DNA of 14,289 nt, from the NCBI GenBank assembly GCA_043779265.1, contig JAYWEM010000021.1:1-14289 (forward strand). The letters run 5' to 3'. Origin of the DNA: a bacterium (GTDB lineage: Bacteria; Eisenbacteria; RBG-16-71-46). Made by a program: the position numbers and the translations under genes. This document shows, piece after piece, positions 1 through 7,847 of this stretch. Numbering within the stretch: position 1 is the stretch's first letter; each line of letters begins with the position of its first letter. The notes beneath the pieces were generated by a model. That model did not search any database and had not been told where the DNA came from. It was given only the letters and a program-made list of their open reading frames with translations.

Positions 1-416
1 GCATCAAGCAGCGCGCGGTAGTCCATGCGATAGACGTGGTCGCCCGAGAGCACCAGCACGAGGCGCGGGTCCTGCTCGTCGATCCAATCCGCGTTCTGCG
101 TGATGGCATCGGCCGTGCCGCGGTACCAACCGGCATGGTGGCTCGTCTGGTAGGGCTGCAGGATGAACACGCCGCCCGAGCGGCGATCGAGGTCCCACGA
201 CCGTCCCGCGCCGATGTGATCGTTCAGCGAGGCCGGCGCGTGCTGCGCCAGGACGCCGAGCAGATCGATGCCGGAGTGACAGCAATTGGAGAGTGCGAAA
301 TCGATCACGCGGTACTTGCCGCCGAACGGCAGGGCGCTCACCGCGCGCTCGGTGCAAAGCGATCCCAAGCGGTCGCCCGAGCCGCCTGAGAGCACCAATC
401 CCAGCACTTTCCGCAC
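1..416 (-). CDS. Glucose-1-phosphate adenylyltransferase family protein (GlgC/GlgD-like), N-terminal part, runs off the window
   Basis: Manual translation from GTG at 416 (GGAGG SD upstream): MRKVLGLVLSGGSGDRLGSLCTERAVSALPFGGKYRVIDFALSNCCHSGI...WDLDR...WYRGTADAITQN...VLVLSGDHVYRMDY. Contains the PFGGKYRxIDF, GTADA and LSGDH motifs of ADP-glucose pyrophosphorylases. Not in the supplied ORF track. Confidence 0.93.
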   Translation of the reverse strand, partial: MRKVLGLVLSGGSGDRLGSLCTERAVSALPFGGKYRVIDFALSNCCHSGIDLLGVLAQHAPASLNDHIGAGRSWDLDRRSGGVFILQPYQTSHHAGWYRGTADAITQNADWIDEQDPRLVLVLSGDHVYRMDYRALLD

Positions 417-467
417 GCTCGCGCCTCCTCCGTGGGGGCCACCGGATGATCCCGCAGTCCACGGGCC

Positions 468-496
468 ACGCTATCGGCGACGCGTGAGGGGGTCAA
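468..496 (-). promoter_or_regulatory. Putative sigma70-type promoter for the glgC/glgD-like gene
   Basis: Minus strand TTGACC (496-491), 17 bp spacer, TAGCGT (473-468), about 50 nt upstream of the start codon. Confidence 0.6.
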
Positions 497-502
497 GCAT
501 GA

Positions 503-533
503 GCGGCGCGAGGGCCAGGAGCCCGCGCGCCGC
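503..533 (-). terminator. GC-rich hairpin downstream of the PorV-family gene
   Basis: GCGGCGCG-A-GGGC/CAGGA/GCCC-G-CGCGCCGC inverted repeat 15 nt after the stop codon; no U-tract. Confidence 0.4.
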
Positions 534-548
534 GTGCCATGCCGGGTG

Positions 549-1664
549 CTACCAGCTGAGCGAGGCGCTCACCAGATGCGTCGCGTTGAGATTGCGATCG
601 TCCGGGAACGCGTCATCGTCCTTCGCGAAGAAGCGATGGAGCGAGGCGGCGTAGTCGATTCCGAAGTGCTTGTAGCGAAGGCCCAAACCCATATTGAGGT
701 CCTTGCCGCCCAAGCCGGTGCGAACCGCCAGCGTGTTGCGATACCAGTACTCGACGCCAGTACGCACGTCCGCTGTGATCGCGCCCAACTTCAACTGCGC
801 GTCATAGGAGCGATCCTCGAAGCCCCAGCCAAGATCGAATCCCCAGGTCAGCGCGTGCCGCTCGGCCGGCTGGAACTGGAAGCCGGCGCCCGTCGTGATC
901 GTCGGCGCGACGAACTCACGCGTGCCGTTGCTCCAGTTGATGTAGGTCGTCGTGAGGTCCTTGGCCACGAGACCGACGGTGATGGCGTCGTTCGGCATGT
1001 AGAGCAGCCCCGCATCGAGGCCTGCTCCGAAGGAGGTGACATGCTCGCCAACCAGCGTGTCCGGCAGGCTCTGACGCACCAACTTGAGCGTTCCGCCGAA
1101 GGCCCAGTGCGTGCCGCGCTGCCGCGCGTATGAGAGTCCGAGGGCCATGTCGCTGCTGCTCGCGAGGAACAGGTCGTCGCTCGTCAACAGCAGTCGCTCG
1201 CCTGGATCCCAGCGGCCGTTGCCCTGTCCGTTGCCCGGAGTCGTCGGGTCATTGTCGGTGCCATAGTCGAGCCAGTCACCCGGCTGAAGACCGCCCGGCC
1301 TCGGCGTGATGGGGATGTCCTGGACACCCACCCACGTGCCGCTGATGCCGAACGCGGCGCGACGGTCGCCCTCGGCCTTCATCGGCAGCACCACGGCGCC
1401 GAAGTCGTGATTGACCAGCGAGCCGAACTGCTCGGCGTGCTGGAGGAACGCCTCGCGATACGGCAGGTAGACCATGCCGGCGGGGTTCCAGTACGGGGCG
1501 GTGGCATCGTCGGACAGCGCCACGAACGCGCCGCCCATGCCCAGCGCGCGGGCTCCGACGGGGATCCGGAGGAACTCCCCCGCGTACTTGGTGGCCGAAG
1601 CGGTGTGGGCGGAACCCACGAGCAGCGTTGCGGCCAGCAGCGCGCGGAAGAGACGTCGGGTCAT
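549..1664 (-). CDS. PorV/PorQ-family (FadL-like) outer-membrane beta-barrel protein
   Basis: Signal peptide, N-terminal FLRIPVGARALGMGGAFVALSDDATAPYWNPAG signature, amphipathic beta-strands, C-terminal aromatic residue (SLSW). Confidence 0.85.
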   Translation of the reverse strand: MTRRLFRALLAATLLVGSAHTASATKYAGEFLRIPVGARALGMGGAFVALSDDATAPYWNPAGMVYLPYREAFLQHAEQFGSLVNHDFGAVVLPMKAEGDRRAAFGISGTWVGVQDIPITPRPGGLQPGDWLDYGTDNDPTTPGNGQGNGRWDPGERLLLTSDDLFLASSSDMALGLSYARQRGTHWAFGGTLKLVRQSLPDTLVGEHVTSFGAGLDAGLLYMPNDAITVGLVAKDLTTTYINWSNGTREFVAPTITTGAGFQFQPAERHALTWGFDLGWGFEDRSYDAQLKLGAITADVRTGVEYWYRNTLAVRTGLGGKDLNMGLGLRYKHFGIDYAASLHRFFAKDDDAFPDDRNLNATHLVSASLSW

Positions 1665-1721
1665 GCGGATCCTCGATCGGTTCGGTCGGTTCGATGCACG
1701 GCGAGCCTGCGGCTGCCGCGA

Positions 1722-2300
1722 TCAGATGTCAACGGGACCGAGGACCGGCTTCCACTCCGGCATGCTCACCTCTCCGAGCGGCTTGACGATGCGCCACTCC
1801 CCCTTCACCCGGATGAGTTCATTGCCGGTCCGGAACAGACGCTCCTCATCGTGACCGGTCGGGATGTAGTGGACCTCATAGGTCAGCTGCACCAATCCGC
1901 CGGTCGCGCTGGAGAGCCTCCAGCCCTCGAGCCACAGATCGTCCGTCGGCGGAAGGAACCACAGCTGTCCGGGCAGGGGCAGGTCGTTGCGACCTTCGAC
2001 GAAACACTCGAAGGCGCCCGCCGCATCACCGCTCCGAAGCGATTCCCAGTACGTGAGCAGCGTCATGCTGGGCGAACGGAAGCGCGCATCGACGCTGGCG
2101 CGTTCGCCCTGACCAAGAAGGGATCCCGCGACGACCAGCACCATCAGCCACGCCTGCCAGCCGACGCGGCGCGCCGACCTGGGAGCCGGGGCCACTTCAT
2201 GCTGTTGGACGTCCGGTGTTACCCCGGCGCACTCGGCCGGGGTCCCGGCGGCGCTGGCGGCTTCACTCCGGACGCTGGGCTGGAGCAGTTCGAGTCGCAC
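1722..2300 (-). CDS. Hypothetical membrane-anchored or exported protein, possibly NTF2-like fold; start uncertain (2144, 2300 or 2384)
   Basis: Hydrophobic stretch WQAWLMVLVVAGSLLG, then SPxxTLxxYWxxLxxGD and LIRVKGEWRI patterns typical of NTF2-like small domains; co-oriented with neighbours. Confidence 0.65.
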   Translation of the reverse strand: MRLELLQPSVRSEAASAAGTPAECAGVTPDVQQHEVAPAPRSARRVGWQAWLMVLVVAGSLLGQGERASVDARFRSPSMTLLTYWESLRSGDAAGAFECFVEGRNDLPLPGQLWFLPPTDDLWLEGWRLSSATGGLVQLTYEVHYIPTGHDEERLFRTGNELIRVKGEWRIVKPLGEVSMPEWKPVLGPVDI

Positions 2301-2504
2301 GTGGGCCAATCGCGATCTCGGCGAAGGGCGTCCGGTCCCACGGGCCGAGTCCTGTGATTCCAAGCGGAGTGGGCGGCACCTCATGCGACGCCCGGGTCAT
2401 GGTCACCAAGGATACTGGGCAAGTGGCGTTCCGCAGTACGGAGTCGTGCAGAAATCGACGACCAGCCCTACGACGCCACCCGGAAGCGGCCTGAAGTGGC
2501 AGCC

Positions 2505-4193
2505 CTATCCTTTTCGGCGCCTTGGGCTTATGACGCCGCCGCCACGCTTTCGCACGGCCGTTCCCGAAGGGCCCGCCGTCCCCTTACGCTTTGCATTCCG
2601 CCCGCGCTGTGGGGTTGCGGGCCCACGCCGGTCGGTGCGCTGGGTGAATCCGCGCGCGCTCCCCTTGCTCGCGGCGCGCCCTTTCGGCGTCGCCTCGGTC
2701 CGGCGTCCACGCGGCGCCGCCTCGGTCCGACGGCCACGCGGCGCCGCCTCGGTCCGACGGCCGCGCGGCGCAGCCTCGGTCCGACGTCCACGCGGCGCAG
2801 CCTCGGTCCGACGGCCTCGCGGCGCGGCTTCGGTACGGCGGCCTCGCGGCGCGGCCTCGGTACGGCGGCCTCGCGGCGCGGCGTCCTCTCGGCGGCCCGA
2901 AGGACGTCCCTCGCTGCGCCTTCCTCGCGGTGCAGCCTCGCTCGTCCGTTCTTTCGAGGCAGGCTCGTTCCGACGTCCAGCTGGCCCCGTCGTGGGTGTC
3001 TTGCGGCGAGGCGGTGCGGCACCGCGACTGGATTCTCGCGCTGGACCGGATGTCCGCGCTCGAGGCGCGGATCGCGGGCGCTCCTGACCGCCTCCTTCGA
3101 GGAACGCCGAATCGCCCCGGCTTCCGCTCGGACGAGCGGGCCACTCCTCATCGAAGAGCTCCTGACCTCCACCCATGCCCGGCCCCCAGCGCTCCTCGAA
3201 CTCCTCGTCATCGTCCTCGTCATCATGCTCGACCGCACGCGGAGCGGGTCGGCTCGCGCGCTGAGGCGGTCGACTCGAGGCAGCGGGCGGCGGCCACGGG
3301 CCGCGTTCGGTGCGATCGCGCTCAGCCGGCTGCGCGCTCGTCCGAGCGCTCGGGGCCTGCTCCTCGGGCCTCGACGTCATGTCGACTCCATGCATGTAGA
3401 TCGCGCGCCGCTTGGCCTCATCGGCGGCACGACCGCCACGCAGGCGATTGCGCCCGGCCGGTCTCGACTGCGGGCGCGCTGTGGACGTGCGCAGCAGCGT
3501 CACCTCCGCATGCGCCAACTCGCGATACTCGCCGCGCGGCAGTGGGCCCAGGCGCAGCGGTCCGTAGGCAACGCGATGCAAGCCGAGCACGGGAAGTCCC
3601 ACCGCCTCGCACATACGGCGCACCTGACGGAAGCGGCCCTCATGGATGCGGATCTCGAGCATGATCGCATCGAACCCCGGATCGATCGGACGCACCTGCG
3701 CCGGAGCGCTCACCATGCCCTCGTCGAATCGAACGCCCTGCGCGAGCCGTCGCATCTGGTCGGGCCGCGGCGTCTCGCCGAGTCGCACGCGATACACCTT
3801 CTCGACGCCGTAGCTCGGGTGCATGAGCCTGTGCGCGAGCGGCCCATCGTTGGTGAGCAGCAGCAACCCGCTCGTATCGGCGTCGAGGCGGCCGACCGGG
3901 AACACGCGCGATCCGGTCGGGAGCAGTTCGCGAACGGTGCGACGACCCTCGGGGTCGGAGACCGTGCTGATGACACCGACCGGCTTGTGCAACATGAACC
4001 ACTTGGCGCGCTGCGGCGGCGGCAACGGCTTGTTGCGGACCAGCACGTGGTCGGACTCTTCGTCCACCATGGTGCCGGGCTCACGCACGACCTGGCCGTT
4101 GACGCGCACCATCCCGGCGGCGATCATCTCGTCGGCCTTGCGCCGTGCAGCGACTCCTCGCCATGCGATGAGCTTGTTGAGGCGGATCGTCAT
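2505..4193 (-). CDS. rluB: RsuA/RluB-family pseudouridine synthase with long low-complexity C-terminal extension
   Basis: S4 domain (IRLNKLIA...ARRKADEMIAAGMVRVNG), HKPVG, catalytic VGRLD, LLLLTNDG, IHEGRFRQVRRM; located downstream of scpAB as is usual for rluB. Confidence 0.9.
   Translation of the reverse strand: MTIRLNKLIAWRGVAARRKADEMIAAGMVRVNGQVVREPGTMVDEESDHVLVRNKPLPPPQRAKWFMLHKPVGVISTVSDPEGRRTVRELLPTGSRVFPVGRLDADTSGLLLLTNDGPLAHRLMHPSYGVEKVYRVRLGETPRPDQMRRLAQGVRFDEGMVSAPAQVRPIDPGFDAIMLEIRIHEGRFRQVRRMCEAVGLPVLGLHRVAYGPLRLGPLPRGEYRELAHAEVTLLRTSTARPQSRPAGRNRLRGGRAADEAKRRAIYMHGVDMTSRPEEQAPSARTSAQPAERDRTERGPWPPPAASSRPPQRASRPAPRAVEHDDEDDDEEFEERWGPGMGGGQELFDEEWPARPSGSRGDSAFLEGGGQERPRSAPRARTSGPARESSRGAAPPRRKTPTTGPAGRRNEPASKERTSEAAPRGRRSEGRPSGRREDAAPRGRRTEAAPRGRRTEAAPRGRRTEAAPRGRRTEAAPRGRRTEAAPRGRRTEAAPRGRRTEATPKGRAASKGSARGFTQRTDRRGPATPQRGRNAKRKGTAGPSGTAVRKRGGGVISPRRRKG
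2692..2880. repeat. Seven tandem 27-bp coding repeats (AAPRGRRTE units) in the pseudouridine synthase tail
   Basis: Units of pattern GCyTCGGTmCGrCGkCCnCGCGGCGCn start at 2692, 2719, 2746, 2773, 2800, 2827 and 2854. Confidence 0.95.
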
Positions 4194-4196
4194 GGC

Positions 4197-4697
4197 TCAG
4201 CCCTCCGTCAATCGAGTGATCAATGCCGCGTGCTCAGGATGGCGCGTGAGCATCGCCGCACGCTCGGCGAGCTCGAAGTCCTCGTAATCGAATCCGGGGC
4301 ACACGCTGCAACCGATCAGCGCGAACTCCGCCCCCTCCCCCAACTCGGCACCGAACCAGCTGCCCTCTTGAACCACTTGTTGGGGAGCCTGACCCGCTGC
4401 GATGTCGAGGCCGAGGATGGCAGGCGTGTAACCGCCGTTCGGCGCGAAGCGATGCAGGACCAACGGGCCGCCGTCGTGAAGATGCCACACTTCGGCGGCG
4501 CGCAGGCGATGCAACAGGGAGACCTCGCCGCGGCCCAACAGGAAGTAGATCGCCGTCCCGAGTGAGCGCTCCCCGTCGAAGCGCTCGGGAAGCGCCGCCC
4601 GGGACAACCGCTCACTGGAGCGCCAGGTCTCCCGGAAGTGACCGCCCTCGCGGTGTGGCGTCAGTGAGAGGGCGGCGATCCAGGAGTCCAGCGTCAC
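4197..4697 (-). CDS. Cupin_5 (DUF985) family cupin protein
   Basis: LSLTPHREGGHFRETWRS, TAIYFLL, HRLRAAEVWHLHDG, PQQVV, CSVCPGFDYEDFELA motifs; likely GTG start at 4697. Confidence 0.9.
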   Translation of the reverse strand: MTLDSWIAALSLTPHREGGHFRETWRSSERLSRAALPERFDGERSLGTAIYFLLGRGEVSLLHRLRAAEVWHLHDGGPLVLHRFAPNGGYTPAILGLDIAAGQAPQQVVQEGSWFGAELGEGAEFALIGCSVCPGFDYEDFELAERAAMLTRHPEHAALITRLTEG

Positions 4698-4728
4698 GCC
4701 GCATGCGGATCGTGCGTGAGGGGCGCGT

Positions 4729-5760
4729 TCAGCGCCCGCCACCCTCCGGGGAACCGAGGACCATGTCGGAGCGCTCGTCGTCCTCGTCCTCGTGCTCCTC
4801 ATCATCATCGTCGTCGTCATCGTCGCTGTCGAGGTCGTCGTCGAAGTCCTCGTCGTCATCCTCGTCGACGTCGTCAGCCTCATCGTCATCGTCCGAGAAC
4901 TCGAGGACGTCGTCCTCATCGGAAGCGGCCAGGTCGGCGCCCATCGCGGCCCCCCCCTCCTCGATGAAGTCGACTTCCTCGTGCGCCTTGGCCCGCGCCC
5001 GATAGCCCGCCTCGAGCAGCGCCTCGTCCGCCGACTCGATCGACTCGTCGTCGGTCTCCTCGTCCTGGGCCTCGATCGCGGATGGGGACTCCGAGTCCGG
5101 GATCTCGTGCGACGCGGCATCCTCCGCCATCACGGGCTCGCCAGCGGCGGCGCCAAGGATGGCAGCCGAGAGCGCGAGCGGCAGACCGCTCGCGGGCTCG
5201 AGTTCGAGCATCTCCATCTGCTCGGGATCGCGGGCGGCGATGAGCGCGCGCAATTCCTCGGGCCGGGGCAACTCGGCCAGTTCGTTCAGTCCGAAGTAGT
5301 CCAGGAAGCCGGGTGACGTGCCGTACAGCAGCGGCCGACCGACGACGGTCGAACGGCCCTTGATCGTGACGAGATCACGCTCGAGCAGTGTGGCGAGCGT
5401 GCCCGAGCAGTCGACGCCTCGGATCGCCTCCATCTCGCCCTTCGTCACCGGCTGCTTATAGGCGATGATCGCGAGCGTCTCCAGCGCGGCGCGAGAAAGT
5501 CGCGCCTTGCGCTTGCCTCGCAACATGCGCGTGACGAACTCGTTCTGCTCGGGCGCGGTCATGAACAACCAGCCGCCCGCCATCTCGCGCAGCCGCACAC
5601 CGGCCTCGCGCTGGGCGTACTCCTCGCCCATCTCGCGCATCGCCTCGCTCACGTCCTCGATCGGCGCTTCCAGCGCCTCGGCGAGCAACGCCAGCGTGAG
5701 TGGCTGATCCGAGGCGAACAGCAGCGCCTCAACGCTCGAGTGCAGTCTCGACGGGTGCAT
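4729..5760 (-). CDS. scpB: SMC-Scp complex subunit ScpB with acidic C-terminal tail
   Basis: VEALLFAS, LSRAALETLAIIAYKQPVTK, IRGV, GRPLLYGT..FLDYFGL..LAELP motifs; ATG at 5760 with GGGAG SD; overlaps the 3' end of scpA by 32 bp. Confidence 0.96.
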   Translation of the reverse strand: MHPSRLHSSVEALLFASDQPLTLALLAEALEAPIEDVSEAMREMGEEYAQREAGVRLREMAGGWLFMTAPEQNEFVTRMLRGKRKARLSRAALETLAIIAYKQPVTKGEMEAIRGVDCSGTLATLLERDLVTIKGRSTVVGRPLLYGTSPGFLDYFGLNELAELPRPEELRALIAARDPEQMEMLELEPASGLPLALSAAILGAAAGEPVMAEDAASHEIPDSESPSAIEAQDEETDDESIESADEALLEAGYRARAKAHEEVDFIEEGGAAMGADLAASDEDDVLEFSDDDDEADDVDEDDDEDFDDDLDSDDDDDDDDEEHEDEDDERSDMVLGSPEGGGR

Positions 5761-6613
5761 CGGTCTCCCTTTCATTCGGCGGCTTCGGCAGGATGACGAT
5801 GTCCCCGAAGGACTCCTCCTGCTCGACGACGACATGCCCGAGCTTGACCAGCTCGAGAAGCGCCATGAACGACACGACCACCTCCATGCGCGCGCGAGCG
5901 CGCAGCATGAGCGTGGAGAACAACAGGCGGCCATCCTCGGCCACGGTGCGGGCGATCAGCGACATCTTGTCCTCGATGTCGTAGTCCTCGGTCTGCACGG
6001 TGTAGACGGGCACGTCGGCCGGCCGCCGCGAGAGGACGCGGTTGAGCGCCTCGATCAGATCGAACAGCGACACCTTGGCGAGCGGCAGTGGACCCGCATC
6101 ATCCTCGGTCGCGACAATACCGCGCACGTGCAGCAGGCGACGCTCGGCTTCCCTATCCTTGAGCTGCCCGGACGCCTCCTTGAACTGGCGGTACTCGATC
6201 AGACGCTGGACCAACTCCTCACGCGGATCGCCTTCGTCCTCCTCGGCGTTCGACGCGGGCAGCGGCAGCAGCATCTTGGCCTTGATGCGCATGAGCGTCG
6301 CGGCCATGACGAGGAATTCGCCCGAGAGCTCGAGATCGAGGCTTCGCATGAGTTCGAGGTAGGCGAGGTACTGCTTGGTGATGTGCGAGATCGGGATGTC
6401 GAAGATGTCGATCTCATCGCGCTTGATCAGATGCAACAGAAGATCGAGCGGCCCCTCGAAGCGCTCGAGCTTGACCGTGACCGACGCACGTGGCGGCGTG
6501 ACGACGGCACCGCCCTCGCGCTCGCGTGCGGCAGGGCTCTCGACCAAGAGGTCGGGCGCCGCCGCTTCCGTCGTGGCCACCGGCTCCTGCACGACATCGT
6601 GCTCGTCACTCAT
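5729..6613 (-). CDS. scpA: Segregation and condensation protein A (kleisin)
   Basis: FEGPLDLLLHLI, EFLVMAATLMRIKAKMLLP, DPREELVQRLIEY, FMALLELVK motifs; ATG overlaps the trpS stop (ATGA). Confidence 0.96.
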   Translation of the reverse strand: MSDEHDVVQEPVATTEAAAPDLLVESPAAREREGGAVVTPPRASVTVKLERFEGPLDLLLHLIKRDEIDIFDIPISHITKQYLAYLELMRSLDLELSGEFLVMAATLMRIKAKMLLPLPASNAEEDEGDPREELVQRLIEYRQFKEASGQLKDREAERRLLHVRGIVATEDDAGPLPLAKVSLFDLIEALNRVLSRRPADVPVYTVQTEDYDIEDKMSLIARTVAEDGRLLFSTLMLRARARMEVVVSFMALLELVKLGHVVVEQEESFGDIVILPKPPNERETDAPVETALER

Positions 6614-7659
6614 TCCGGTTCCACGATGGACTTGACGCCCATCGCACTCCGCACCAGGTCCATGGTCTCGCGCGCCACGGCGCGGGCACGGCGCGTGCCA
6701 TCGCGCAGCACGTCGCGCACTGCATCGGGGTTCTTCTCCCAGCGCTCCCGACGCACGCGGATCGGCTCGAGCGTCTCGTTCATCACCTGCGCCAGACGCT
6801 TCTTGTCCGCGACGCAACCGAGACGGCCCGCGCGGCATTCGATCGCGACGCCCTCGGCCTCGCTCGGGTTGAACTTGCGGTGATATTCCCACACGACGCA
6901 GCCGCCGTGGCCATCGGATTCATCGGCCTCGGGGCGACCCGGATCATCTTTGCGGGCCTTCTTGGGATCGGTGTAGGCGAGCTTCACCTTGGCCTCGAGG
7001 TCGGCGACCGACTCAGCGAGCAGGATGGTGTTGCCCACCGATTTGCTCATCCGGTTGCCATCGAGCCCGCGCAGACGGGCGAACTCCGTGAGCTGCACCT
7101 CGGGCTCGGGGAACACCGGCGAGGCGTCACTGCAGTAGAGATGATTGAAGCGCCGACCGAGTTCGCGCGTCAGCTCGACGTGCGGCACCTGGTCCTCGCC
7201 CACCGGCACGTGCGTCGGGCGATAGAGCAGGATGTCCGCCGCCTGCAGCACGCCATAGCCGAGATGTCCGTACGAGATCGTCTGCTCATCCAGGTTCAGA
7301 TCGCGGATCTGCTCCTTCAGCGTCGGCATGCGCTCGAGCCGGCCCTTGCCGACGAGCATCGAGAACAGCAGGTGCAGTTCGGCGTGCTCCTTGACCGCCG
7401 ACTGGACGAAGATCACCGAGCGCGCCGGGTCGAGGCCGGCGGCGAGCCAGTCGAGCACCATGTCCCAAGTGTGCTCCTGAAGCTTCGAGGTGTCCTCGTG
7501 ACCGGTGGTCAACATGTGCCAGTCGGCGACCATGTGGAAGTTCGTCCAGCCCGCATCCTGGAGCCGGACCCAGTTCTCGAGGGCTCCGACGTAGTTGCCG
7601 AGGTGGAGTCGGCCGGTCGGGCGCATGCCCGAGAGGATGCGGCCGGGGGCGGTGGTCAT
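6610..7659 (-). CDS. trpS: Tryptophan--tRNA ligase
   Basis: SGMRPTGRLHLGN (HIGH), ADWH, LQAADIL, VPVGEDQ, RMSKS (KMSKS) motifs; ATG at 7659 with GGAG SD. Confidence 0.97.
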   Translation of the reverse strand: MTTAPGRILSGMRPTGRLHLGNYVGALENWVRLQDAGWTNFHMVADWHMLTTGHEDTSKLQEHTWDMVLDWLAAGLDPARSVIFVQSAVKEHAELHLLFSMLVGKGRLERMPTLKEQIRDLNLDEQTISYGHLGYGVLQAADILLYRPTHVPVGEDQVPHVELTRELGRRFNHLYCSDASPVFPEPEVQLTEFARLRGLDGNRMSKSVGNTILLAESVADLEAKVKLAYTDPKKARKDDPGRPEADESDGHGGCVVWEYHRKFNPSEAEGVAIECRAGRLGCVADKKRLAQVMNETLEPIRVRRERWEKNPDAVRDVLRDGTRRARAVARETMDLVRSAMGVKSIVEPE

Positions 7660-7809
7660 CGCGAGGCTCCGCACTGAGGAGGTCGGTTCGGGGAGGCGTC
7701 GCGATCGGCGGTGGTGGCGCCCCGGAAATCGGCTCCGGTTGCGCTTGGGGTCCTCGTGGACCCGGTCCCCCCGCTGCGGCCCCTTCCGTCATGGAAGATG
7801 TGGAGGCGC

Positions 7810-7838
7810 ACAGTATCGGACGCTCCGAGCGACTTCAA
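7810..7838 (-). promoter_or_regulatory. Putative sigma70-type promoter of the trpS-scpAB operon
   Basis: Minus strand TTGAAG (7838-7833), 17 bp spacer, TACTGT (7815-7810). Confidence 0.6.
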
Positions 7839-7847
7839 GCCCCGGTC

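Noticed and set aside
2692..2880. Possible CRISPR array
   Set aside because: The 27-bp units are contiguous with no spacers, lie in frame within a CDS, and no cas genes are present.
2383..3087. Plus-strand ORF with perfect RRPRGAASV repeats
   Set aside because: It is an antisense frame sharing wobble positions with the pseudouridine synthase frame, so the repeat identity is a shadow; no independent support.
4698..5120. N-terminal extension of the cupin in the ORF track, and similarly extended starts for scpB, scpA and the ATPase
   Set aside because: The extensions overlap neighbouring genes or promoter regions; downstream starts fit family boundaries and SD or ATGA coupling better.
7286..7792. 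ORF MTEGAAAGG... as a frameshifted TrpS N-terminus or attenuator peptide
   Set aside because: It has no SD, no Trp codons and no evident slippery site; trpS has its own SD and ATG.
7775..7800. Glutamine (glnA) riboswitch-like ATGACGGAAG string
   Set aside because: The flanking CGTT/AACG P1 stem and the rest of the motif are missing.
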